In this document: positions 43,973-52,465 of the stretch, one piece after another | Numbering within the stretch: the stretch's first letter is position 1 | Layout of the letters: each line of letters opens with the position of its first letter | Virus record (IMG/VR): IMGVR_UViG_3300046507_000773 | Location: 1-64,000 of that record | Length of the DNA: 64,000 bases | Reading direction: 5' to 3' (one strand) | Notes under the pieces: model-generated | Seen by the model: the letters and a program-made list of their open reading frames with translations, nothing else | Told to the model about the DNA's origin: nothing | Databases searched by the model: none | Program-made: the position numbers and the translations under genes

Positions 43973-45535
43973 TTAAAATGCCATTGCCATTTCACCGACT
44001 GGAGTATCGAGCTCCCAGTCAGGGATTTCGTTACTGGAGCCAATCGGACCACCACCAACTTTGCTACGGCTACTGTCAGGGCCGTTCAAGTCATCCCGGA
44101 TTGCCCCGACAGGATAGAAGGGCAGCACGAGGTACTTGTACTTTTCTGGCAGGATGCCATTGACGCGATGCTTGCCACGTTGCAGCGTCAGGAAGGCGTC
44201 GCCATTGACGATTTCCTTGTGGATGTAGAGTTCCCAGTCCACTTCGTTGTCAAGCGACTGACACAAAGCGTACATGCCTTTGTTCTCGATTTGCTTCACG
44301 AAGTCCGTGGCGCCATCACGGGTCAAACGTTTAGCTTCAGTCGAGAGCTGGTGCGGAGTGATGAAAGCGATCTTACGCGGCGAGCAGAACGCACGAATGC
44401 GCTGGTACATGTTGCGAACGTCCGTACCAGTTGGGCCCACGGTACAGCCAGTCGTTGGTACCTGAGTCAGGTAGTCGACCATGCACAGGTGCACTTCGTA
44501 ACCTTGCGATTCGAATTCCAGCAGTTTGTCGCAGATGTGGCGGTAAGTCCAGAGCGTCGGGTTGACACTGATGATCTTGATGTGGTACCCGTTGACCCGG
44601 AGCTTCTCTTTGACGTACTGTGCGATGTACTTGGGATCGAGGCCAATCGTAACGGCTTTCTTGGTTGGGTCCTCGTTTTCCTTCAAGCTCATGTAGAGGA
44701 ACTCCATGTTCTTCTCGGCCGAGTCTTCGAACGTGAAACGAACGAGGAGTGGCTTCTTGAGCGGATTGATCATGTACGGTACGTTGTACAGAGCGATCTG
44801 CTTGAACATGGTCAGCGTAAAGCCAGTCTTGAAGTTGTGTTGCAGCGCGCCGATGACCCCTTCGTCACCACGACGGATGCCCCCTTGCAGCATTCGGTTC
44901 ACGCCCTGCCAGCCAGTCCTCATGATCGACTCACCCACTTCACTTGCCTGAACCTGGACGTAAGTCTGTGCGACAGCTTCTTCGTCATCGATGTCCAGCT
45001 CGTTAATAATAGCTGGGTCACGGATTACCGAGACGACGTTGCTTTCCTCGAGCTTTTGGGCAAGCTCAGCGAAAAACTTGTGGGTATCCTGAATTTCGTT
45101 CTTCTTGAACTTCATCCTGTACATAGCCTCTTCCATGATCTGGAAGGAGGTGGCTTCCCGCAAAGCCTCCTGCAGCGTGCGGCGCAGGTTCAATACGGTA
45201 CGCTTCAATGCGTTCTCATCGAGTTCGACGACCATGCTATCGTACAGGGCGTCGTAAGCACTCGTGTCTTCTCCGGTATCCACACGGAGGCGCTGCATGA
45301 GTTCGTTCAGTTCGTAGATGTGACCGTGTGGTGCGGAACACATCTGCATGGTGGTTTGACGAAGGCAGTCGATGATGTCATGTTCCTGCCCAACTCCCAA
45401 ATTCGACTCCAGGGCGGTGAACTTCATCTTACTAATTAAGTTACGGATGAGGTCACTGGAGCGTTCCGCATCATTCATTTGGCTCTCGCGGTAGAGCAAA
45501 GTGATGCTAGTGATAAGCAAAAGTTTGTTATTCAT
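43973..45535 (-). CDS. DnaB-like replicative helicase (phiKZ gp118-like)
   Basis: TGW..VNRML.GG.RRG, phiKZ-type Walker A GALQHNFKTGF, VDYL, ITPHQLS, LDNEVD, QRGKHR. Confidence 0.92.
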   Translation of the reverse strand: MNNKLLLITSITLLYRESQMNDAERSSDLIRNLISKMKFTALESNLGVGQEHDIIDCLRQTTMQMCSAPHGHIYELNELMQRLRVDTGEDTSAYDALYDSMVVELDENALKRTVLNLRRTLQEALREATSFQIMEEAMYRMKFKKNEIQDTHKFFAELAQKLEESNVVSVIRDPAIINELDIDDEEAVAQTYVQVQASEVGESIMRTGWQGVNRMLQGGIRRGDEGVIGALQHNFKTGFTLTMFKQIALYNVPYMINPLKKPLLVRFTFEDSAEKNMEFLYMSLKENEDPTKKAVTIGLDPKYIAQYVKEKLRVNGYHIKIISVNPTLWTYRHICDKLLEFESQGYEVHLCMVDYLTQVPTTGCTVGPTGTDVRNMYQRIRAFCSPRKIAFITPHQLSTEAKRLTRDGATDFVKQIENKGMYALCQSLDNEVDWELYIHKEIVNGDAFLTLQRGKHRVNGILPEKYKYLVLPFYPVGAIRDDLNGPDSSRSKVGGGPIGSSNEIPDWELDTPVGEMAMAF

Positions 45536-45658
45536 CGTGGGATTTATTCGTTATTTAATGACGCTAAGATTTCGTACAACAAGTTCTCTCTGTTGTTCGT
45601 TCATAGATAGAAGGCACTCTGATTTTAATTTAATCGCCTTACCTAAAGGAGCCCGGAT

Positions 45659-46237
45659 GTGAGTGTGAAAAGTAAAGTCATCGTGATCCCGCACTGGATT
45701 GCAGAATCCTTGAAGCGGGCTCAGATGCAGCCCAAAGAGTGCATCGACTATCGAAAAGTCAAACAAGTCGTCTCCACCGACGATCTGCTGACCCTGATAG
45801 CTGCACAGCAATTGACCCAAACGCTCATCGGCTCCCAGTGGAATCCGACGTCCGAGTGGGATCTCTGCGAACTCTGGCAACAGAGTATGAATGGTGGTAC
45901 GGAATCGGAGAAGTCCGAAGCCAACGCCCTGTTCGAATTGAGCCGCGCAGGCTACCTGGAAGAAGTGAAGGCTCGCTTGTTCACGGCCGGAACCAACGGC
46001 GATACTTATCGTCCCGACTACGACAAACCCTTTATTATCTATGACCTGATGCCCGACGTCATCGGTATCGTGGTGCATCCGGGTTTCTTTTCGGAAAACC
46101 CAGCCAAGGAATTGAAGCTTTCCCTGGTTGAAGCAGTAATAAAAGTATTGTATGTGTACAATACTGCGTATCACGAGTTGGCTGCTACGCTCTGGTACAA
46201 ACGTTTCCTCGAACTGTTGGCGCCGAACGGCCGCTAA
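45659..46237 (+). CDS. Conserved hypothetical gene upstream of the MCP
   Basis: 192 aa, AAGGAG RBS. Occupies the position between helicase and MCP seen in phiKZ-like synteny. Confidence 0.8.
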   Translation: MSVKSKVIVIPHWIAESLKRAQMQPKECIDYRKVKQVVSTDDLLTLIAAQQLTQTLIGSQWNPTSEWDLCELWQQSMNGGTESEKSEANALFELSRAGYLEEVKARLFTAGTNGDTYRPDYDKPFIIYDLMPDVIGIVVHPGFFSENPAKELKLSLVEAVIKVLYVYNTAYHELAATLWYKRFLELLAPNGR

Positions 46238-46296
46238 CGACGAGGGTCACTTGCCCCAAAAGCAAATTTTTCACAAACTGAAATAAGGTAGATTCC

Positions 46297-48474
46297 ATGA
46301 ATCCGTTCCAAAACAAAACCAAGAAGCCGGCACTGCCGGATTCGCAAACCGCGGTCATGCTGCGCTCCACCCTGAGCCAGCTGAACAAGAACAGCTCGCT
46401 GCTGAGCTCGCAAGTTGCCCGCGGCGCCTTCGCCCTGGAAGGTCTGGACGACGAAACCGTCCTGGCCATGGACAACGCAGCTGAAGGCCTGAACGTCGCC
46501 CTGGAACAGATCTTCCAGGAAGCCGGCTTCAAAGCAACCCCGCAGCAGAAGCAGTCGGCAATGATCGCCGGCATGATGGGCGGCGACGTGGGCGCCTACC
46601 TGGGCCACGCTGTTTCCCTGGAAGGTTTCCAGGCCAAGAACACCGACGTCGTGATCGTCGGCGCCGCTGACGCAATCGCCTCGCGTCCGGCAATGGAAGC
46701 GTACGACGAGAAGGAACTGAAGAACTCGATCGCCTACTCGGTCGCGTACAACATGAACTCGCCGCGTCAAGACGCGTTCGGCGAAGCCTTCTTCCCGACC
46801 GTCGTCGTGAACCCGGACCAGGTCGGCTACCAGATCTCGATCCGCCTGACCTACGTCTACCCGGAAGTCCGCCGCAACATCGACGGCTCCGTCAACGACT
46901 TCAAGAAGCGCAACATCATCCAGGCAATCGTCGACCCGTCGATCCTGAAGACCGAGCAGCTGAAGGTCGTGCCGGTGTTCCGTAACGAATCGAAGGCCAA
47001 CTTCGTCGACGAAACCCTGCTGCCGCCGAAGAACATCACCTTCGAAGGCGAGACCATCACCACCAGCGCCCTGCGCTTCGACAACAAGTTCTCGCTGCTG
47101 GGCATCTCCCAGACCCCGGCCCTGCTGGAAACCGGCGTCATGGACAGCACCGACGCGCTGGACGCGGCGATCACGCTGAGCAACGTCTACATGTCGGTCG
47201 CCGGCAAAGTGGGCGGCGTCGACAAGACCGAGGTGTTCAAGTTCATGACGGCCAACATGCCGCTGTCGAACTTCATCTCGATGCAGCAAGACGACTACCG
47301 CATGATGCAAGTCACCTTCATGACCGAAGGCCTGCTGATGACCGGTAACACCAAGACCGTCGCTGGCGCCGCTTCGGGCGTGCTGGCCGACATCGCTGCA
47401 CAGAAGGTCTCGGTCCGTCTGGAACTGACCGTGAACGGCACCGTGAACGTCGAACTGGGTACCACCAACCTGATGGCATCGAAAGTGCGCGTCAAGTCGG
47501 TCACCGACGAAGACGGCAACCTGCTGTCGCTGACCTCGCCGGGCGTCGGCAAGGACATCGCGGACCTGTTCGCAACGGCTGAAGCCATCGGCTACGACCT
47601 GCAAGCGCAGCGTACCAACAGCAACCGTCGTCAGCGCGGCACCCTGCTGGGCCAGACGATCCAGAACCAGGTGTACAACGTGCCCCTGCGCTCGCCGATC
47701 ACCATCCCGCGTCCGCAAACCGTTGGCGATGCCAACGACGCCTCGGACCTGGCTGCACTGATCTCGACGACCCGCATCCGCATCTCGAACGCGGCCGTCG
47801 ACAAGCTGCTGGAAACCGCTGACCAGCTGAAAGAGCTGGTTGCCCAGAACGACCTGCTGGAAAACAACCTGCCGATCCTGGGTATCGCCCGTCACCTGGT
47901 GACCGCCTTCTACGACGAGTTCACCGTCGACGTGCAAGCGTCGATGAACAACCTGACCTCGTCCGAGAAGTACGACGACATCAGCGCCACGCTGATCAAC
48001 CAACTGCGCGACCTCGTGTATCGCATGCTGGTGAAATCGGCCTACCAGGCTGCTGCTGACGCGCTGGCTGGCGGCATCGCTCCGATGCCTGACGTCATCA
48101 TCGGTACCGATCCGAAGACCGCTCGCTACCTGATGGTTTCGGGCGACCTGCGCACCCTCGGCACCGAAGTGAACATCAAGCTGGTCACCACGCTGAACCT
48201 GCAGATGCGCGACACCATCATCGTCGCCTTCGGCCAGCCGAACGCCGGCGACGGTACGCCGAACCCGCTGCACTACGGCAACATGGTCTGGAAACCGGAA
48301 ATGACCCTGATCATGCCGACCCAGCGTAACGGCTCGAACTCGAAAGAGATCACCGTCACCCCGTCGTTCAACCACATCGTGAACGTGCCGATCATGGCCC
48401 GTATCTACGTGAAGGGCATCAGCGACGCGGTGGGCAGCAAAAGCACTGTTGCCTTCGAACAGGTCGGTCCGTAA
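46297..48474 (+). CDS. Major capsid protein (phiKZ gp120-like)
   Basis: 725 aa, extreme codon bias, N-terminal A/S-x-E maturation-type sites (ALE, SLE, AME), QDAFGEAFFPT, synteny. Confidence 0.92.
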   Translation: MNPFQNKTKKPALPDSQTAVMLRSTLSQLNKNSSLLSSQVARGAFALEGLDDETVLAMDNAAEGLNVALEQIFQEAGFKATPQQKQSAMIAGMMGGDVGAYLGHAVSLEGFQAKNTDVVIVGAADAIASRPAMEAYDEKELKNSIAYSVAYNMNSPRQDAFGEAFFPTVVVNPDQVGYQISIRLTYVYPEVRRNIDGSVNDFKKRNIIQAIVDPSILKTEQLKVVPVFRNESKANFVDETLLPPKNITFEGETITTSALRFDNKFSLLGISQTPALLETGVMDSTDALDAAITLSNVYMSVAGKVGGVDKTEVFKFMTANMPLSNFISMQQDDYRMMQVTFMTEGLLMTGNTKTVAGAASGVLADIAAQKVSVRLELTVNGTVNVELGTTNLMASKVRVKSVTDEDGNLLSLTSPGVGKDIADLFATAEAIGYDLQAQRTNSNRRQRGTLLGQTIQNQVYNVPLRSPITIPRPQTVGDANDASDLAALISTTRIRISNAAVDKLLETADQLKELVAQNDLLENNLPILGIARHLVTAFYDEFTVDVQASMNNLTSSEKYDDISATLINQLRDLVYRMLVKSAYQAAADALAGGIAPMPDVIIGTDPKTARYLMVSGDLRTLGTEVNIKLVTTLNLQMRDTIIVAFGQPNAGDGTPNPLHYGNMVWKPEMTLIMPTQRNGSNSKEITVTPSFNHIVNVPIMARIYVKGISDAVGSKSTVAFEQVGP

Positions 48475-48593
48475 TCCAGTACCGATAGTGATGGTACAGC
48501 TCTTGGATGGATTTGCAATCTTCCATCCTTGAGCAAAGGAGACTTCCCCAAGGAGTCTCCTGTACCTGATCTAGTGAAAGCTTTTGGGGCTTG

Positions 48594-48633
48594 TTGCTCT
48601 CACTCTGGGGAAACCTGGGGTGAGAGCAATTTA
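48594..48633 (+). terminator. Hairpin/terminator downstream of the MCP
   Basis: TTGCTCTCACTCTGGG-GAAA-CCTGGGGTGAGAGCAA followed by TTTATGCCG. Confidence 0.75.
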
Positions 48634-48702
48634 TGCCGCCTATGCTCTTTTTACAGTAGCATGCTATCTAGTAGACACTACTCCACATGGAAGGACTATT
48701 AG

Positions 48703-49446
48703 ATGGATACTCTGGTTTATACGCTGTTTCCCCCAGTACCGGTTATCGCTGAGGGCGCCACACAAGAACAACGTGAGAGCATCAAGATCGGCGCAGGCAT
48801 CGTTTTAGAGAAGGCCAAGTCAATGGCAAATACCGTGGAGCGTATTCGCGTCCACAACGATGCAATCGGTAAGATCATCGAAGTGAAGGAAAACCTTCAA
48901 AGGTACATCGGCCAACTTCAAGCCGCGTTTGAAGAAGGCTTTGTCAATAAGGTTGCACTTCGTCCTTACTACGCACAAGAAACGGTCATCATTAAACAGA
49001 GCATGGAAATGTTCTTACTGACCGATAGCTTCATCCGCTCGGTCAAGGACCTCGTTGAGAAAACGCGCCCCAAGGATGCCGAGGAATGGAATCCGCGGAT
49101 AGCGGCAGTGACGGACCCTGTGATTCGTCGCGCCCTTCTGGCTAACGAGATGATTCGTGGCATGGAGAACGTAACGATTCTCGATAGCCCCCACATCCGT
49201 GTTCGCGGCCAGATCTTTATGACGGTTGCTAATCCGCCTAAAGAAGCAGGTGTCGCCGATCCAGCCACCTTCGGTATGTTCCTCTTTGCCCCGCAGCAAA
49301 TCAAGGATCTTACGCCGGAAGAGTTCCCCATCGTTCATCCGTTTTTCAAGGACAGCCCAGAGCCTGCTCGGGAGTTCTCGTTCAACTACGATCTGATGGT
49401 GAACCAGTCAGTGATGAAGTACTTTCGCGTCGAAGGACTGATGTGA
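48703..49446 (+). CDS. Hypothetical protein
   Basis: 247 aa. Confidence 0.75.
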   Translation: MDTLVYTLFPPVPVIAEGATQEQRESIKIGAGIVLEKAKSMANTVERIRVHNDAIGKIIEVKENLQRYIGQLQAAFEEGFVNKVALRPYYAQETVIIKQSMEMFLLTDSFIRSVKDLVEKTRPKDAEEWNPRIAAVTDPVIRRALLANEMIRGMENVTILDSPHIRVRGQIFMTVANPPKEAGVADPATFGMFLFAPQQIKDLTPEEFPIVHPFFKDSPEPAREFSFNYDLMVNQSVMKYFRVEGLM

Positions 49447-49505
49447 CATAAGGCCCGCACCCTTAATAGGTGCGGGCTGTATGCCGGATGGAAGATTTTT
49501 CAACC

Positions 49506-49515
49506 ACATATCACG
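49506..49515 (+). promoter_or_regulatory. Early-promoter-like motif ACATATCACG upstream of the nvRNAP operon
   Basis: 18 nt (TTTCAACCACATATCACG) identical to the copy at 8327-8344. Confidence 0.75.
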
Positions 49516-49583
49516 TACTTGCTATCGGGATTGATAGAGATTAGTAAGCAATAATAACAGATCCTAGAATGAACTCTTAGATA

Positions 49584-50771
49584 GTGGTTTGCGAGAGCGT
49601 CATGATGAATCAAACGGAGTCCATCCTTAACTCCCACTTCGGTGCACCGGTCCTGCATCAAGTGGGGTTTCGAAAAACTGCACAGGCTTTTGCAAGTCCT
49701 GTTGAAATCACGGAGTCTTACTTTAACTACACCAGGTCACCTTTGACCATTGTGAAACGAAACGGGCTAGTCATTCCGCTCGATCCGGAACCCAGCCTAG
49801 GTTTTGATGAGAACCTAGTCATCCGGATTGAGATCGTTATTCGTAACGGAACGATTCCCGCACTCAAGAAACAATTAAGTGTCCTGGAAGAAGCAGATGA
49901 AAAGGCGATGCACTTGCTTCGGCAAGCCGTCGAGAACACAACAATCAGCCCAGTAAATGGAGGAATCCGCGTAACCCTCGACTATCCGCTGGCTCTGGCG
50001 GAGTTAAAAAAATATGGGGGTACAGTCTATTATGGAGAGCTGGACATAGTCGCCTCGCTCGATCCTCCCGAAACCGTCATCCCGCACCCTTACAGCGAGC
50101 GTGGCAGGCGGGAGAACATTGCGGCCGCGTCAGTGGCTGATGATAAAGGGGAATCCTTCGGGTACTCTGTATTTATCATTGATAACGAGGGGAAGTACGG
50201 ACCACGTTATCTCAACATCGGGGGAAGTGTCTACAAGGTTACGCCAACTCGGGACTTCACAAAACGAGACGGCATCTATGTTGCCTCCACAAGACCGGTG
50301 GAAGGCGATATGCTCGTAACAGGTGTCGAGGTGACCCGACATGCGTTCGAGGGTGCAGAAGACAGCGTAGGCTTGTATAGGACGTATGACGAAGCACTAA
50401 ACCTTGGAGATTTGACAACGGCGCGGAAGAATTCGTTGGCTCAGCTTGAGCACGACAATTTGACATTGCAGCGAGAGATCGCTAACATGAAATCTGCGCA
50501 GAGTCAAGAGGCAGCTGAAAACGATCGAGTCATGCGGGACCTAACAAGCCAGCATGAACGAGAGAAACTAGCTCTTGAAGAGAAACGACTGAAGTCCGAG
50601 TCAGAAGCAAAAGAGCGCGAAGCAGTGCTTGAACGCCAACGACAAGAAATGAAGGACTACTACGAGCAGCGGTCGCTTAACCGGAAAGACAATAGTGAGG
50701 TGGTGAAAGTCCTGCCAGCCATTATTGTTGGAATCGGTGCAGCAATTGCAGTATTGATGAAGATTTTTTAA
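49584..50771 (+). CDS. Conserved phiKZ-like protein with coiled coil and C-terminal hydrophobic tail
   Basis: 395 aa (start may be 49602/49605). Sits immediately upstream of the nvRNAP subunit. Confidence 0.8.
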   Translation: MVCESVMMNQTESILNSHFGAPVLHQVGFRKTAQAFASPVEITESYFNYTRSPLTIVKRNGLVIPLDPEPSLGFDENLVIRIEIVIRNGTIPALKKQLSVLEEADEKAMHLLRQAVENTTISPVNGGIRVTLDYPLALAELKKYGGTVYYGELDIVASLDPPETVIPHPYSERGRRENIAAASVADDKGESFGYSVFIIDNEGKYGPRYLNIGGSVYKVTPTRDFTKRDGIYVASTRPVEGDMLVTGVEVTRHAFEGAEDSVGLYRTYDEALNLGDLTTARKNSLAQLEHDNLTLQREIANMKSAQSQEAAENDRVMRDLTSQHEREKLALEEKRLKSESEAKEREAVLERQRQEMKDYYEQRSLNRKDNSEVVKVLPAIIVGIGAAIAVLMKIF

Positions 50772-50779
50772 GTAAGGGA

Positions 50780-52426
50780 GTGAGCATGGGAGATAGAGAG
50801 CTAGGGCGTCTCATCGATTTACATACGCCTAAGCTGAATCCTCGCACTGCCAAAGGCCTTGCTGTGGAGCATTTGCAGAAACCTGAACTGTACATCGATC
50901 AGGTGATGCGCTCCGCAGCAAAAGGTTTCCCTGTTGGGTTGCACTACCTCGGCTTTTCCCACACGACGCCGATGGAAGAGTTCAACGAGCAAAAGCGTCG
51001 ACCCAGCAGTAACCGTGGCAATAAGAAGCAGTACGACATTGCGCGCTCGGACGTGTACATGGTGAAGTTCCACTTCCGCTGGCAACCACCGGGCTTACCC
51101 CCGGAAGACTTGCCGCCGCGGTATATCTCTTTGCCGTTTGTCGGCGAAGCAGGTACGATCTATATCAGTGGAAGCCGGTTTGTCATCTCGCCAATCATGG
51201 CAGACCGGGTGATCTCTGTGGGCGAATCGGATGTCTTTGTGCGGTTGCTCCGTGCGAAGCTGACGTTCAAACGCATGGGTCACCACTACCGCATCAACGG
51301 TCAGATCGAGACCGTCAACGTGGTGTGGTCGGAAATCCATAACGGCCGTAGCAAAACAAAGGGGACCAGCGGGGCAGGCAAAGCAAAAACGACGATGATG
51401 CATTACTTGTTGGGCAAGTACGGCTTCACCGAAACGTTTGCTCGCTTCGGGAAATGTTATCCGGTTATTGGTGGACCGGAGATCAACGCCAACAATTACC
51501 CGGCATCGGAATGGACCATCTGTTCCAGCAGCGAAGTCAAACCGCGCAATGCATCGCGTGGCAGCTATGCGCCTTCCACCGTGCGCCTGGCAATTCGCAA
51601 TGAAGAGTTCACCCCAACCGTCAAGTCGATGGTGGCTGGATTCTTCTACATCGCCGACTACTTCCCGCATCGCGTGATTCCCGAGACGCGCTATGTGGAC
51701 TCGCAGCGTCTGTGGATGATCCTGATGGGTCACATTCTGTTCTCTTCGCTTTCCATGGAAGGACAGTTGTACGACAACATCGCGGACCATTACCATTCGC
51801 TTGACTACTACATCGACATCATCGTCGATCAGCAGTTGCGAGAAATCGGTATCGCAGTCGATAACGTGTACCACCTGTTCCATGTCATCATCGAGAATTT
51901 CGACAAGTGGGTTGTGAACTCCGGTGACAAGATGACGAGTGTGTACGACAAGGAGCTGAACGTTCGTCACTTCTTGTTGCACGATATCACTTCGTCGATC
52001 ATGAACATGAACTTCCGTCTGAATGCAGCGGCCAAGAAGGAGCTGACCAAGAAGGAAATCATCAAGATCATGGACGCTACCTTGCGTTCTGGCACGATCT
52101 TCCTGATCACGAAGAAGCACGGCGAAGTGTCAACCCTGTCGTCTCCGGGTGACAACATGGCATTCAAGATGACGGCCATGCTGATCCCGCAGTCGGAATC
52201 GAACAAGCAGTCCAAACGTAATGATCGAGGCATCCTCACCGATCCCTCGAAGCGGTTCCACGTATCGGTGATCGAGATCTGCTGTTACTCGAACCTACCG
52301 AAGAGTGGACCAGACGGCCGCCAACGTCTCAATCATTGCGCTCGTCTTGACGATCGTAATGTGGTGCAAAGGAATCCTGTATTCGTGCCTATTCTGGATG
52401 AAGTGCAGGAACTCATTAAGCGGTGA
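50780..52426 (+). CDS. Non-virion RNA polymerase beta subunit, N-terminal half (phiKZ gp123-like)
   Basis: 548 aa. YISLPFVGEAG.IYISGS.FVISP, HVSVIE.C.Y.NLPKS.PDGR.RLN, synteny. Confidence 0.85.
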   Translation: MSMGDRELGRLIDLHTPKLNPRTAKGLAVEHLQKPELYIDQVMRSAAKGFPVGLHYLGFSHTTPMEEFNEQKRRPSSNRGNKKQYDIARSDVYMVKFHFRWQPPGLPPEDLPPRYISLPFVGEAGTIYISGSRFVISPIMADRVISVGESDVFVRLLRAKLTFKRMGHHYRINGQIETVNVVWSEIHNGRSKTKGTSGAGKAKTTMMHYLLGKYGFTETFARFGKCYPVIGGPEINANNYPASEWTICSSSEVKPRNASRGSYAPSTVRLAIRNEEFTPTVKSMVAGFFYIADYFPHRVIPETRYVDSQRLWMILMGHILFSSLSMEGQLYDNIADHYHSLDYYIDIIVDQQLREIGIAVDNVYHLFHVIIENFDKWVVNSGDKMTSVYDKELNVRHFLLHDITSSIMNMNFRLNAAAKKELTKKEIIKIMDATLRSGTIFLITKKHGEVSTLSSPGDNMAFKMTAMLIPQSESNKQSKRNDRGILTDPSKRFHVSVIEICCYSNLPKSGPDGRQRLNHCARLDDRNVVQRNPVFVPILDEVQELIKR

Positions 52427-52465
52427 CCCACGCCGTAAAGTAGTTAATGATAAGGAAAAGAAACC

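Noticed and set aside
46234-48375. 713-aa minus-strand ORF
   Set aside because: It is an antisense shadow of the strongly codon-biased MCP gene. The same applies to 3703-5469, 52295-54466 and 25067-26428.
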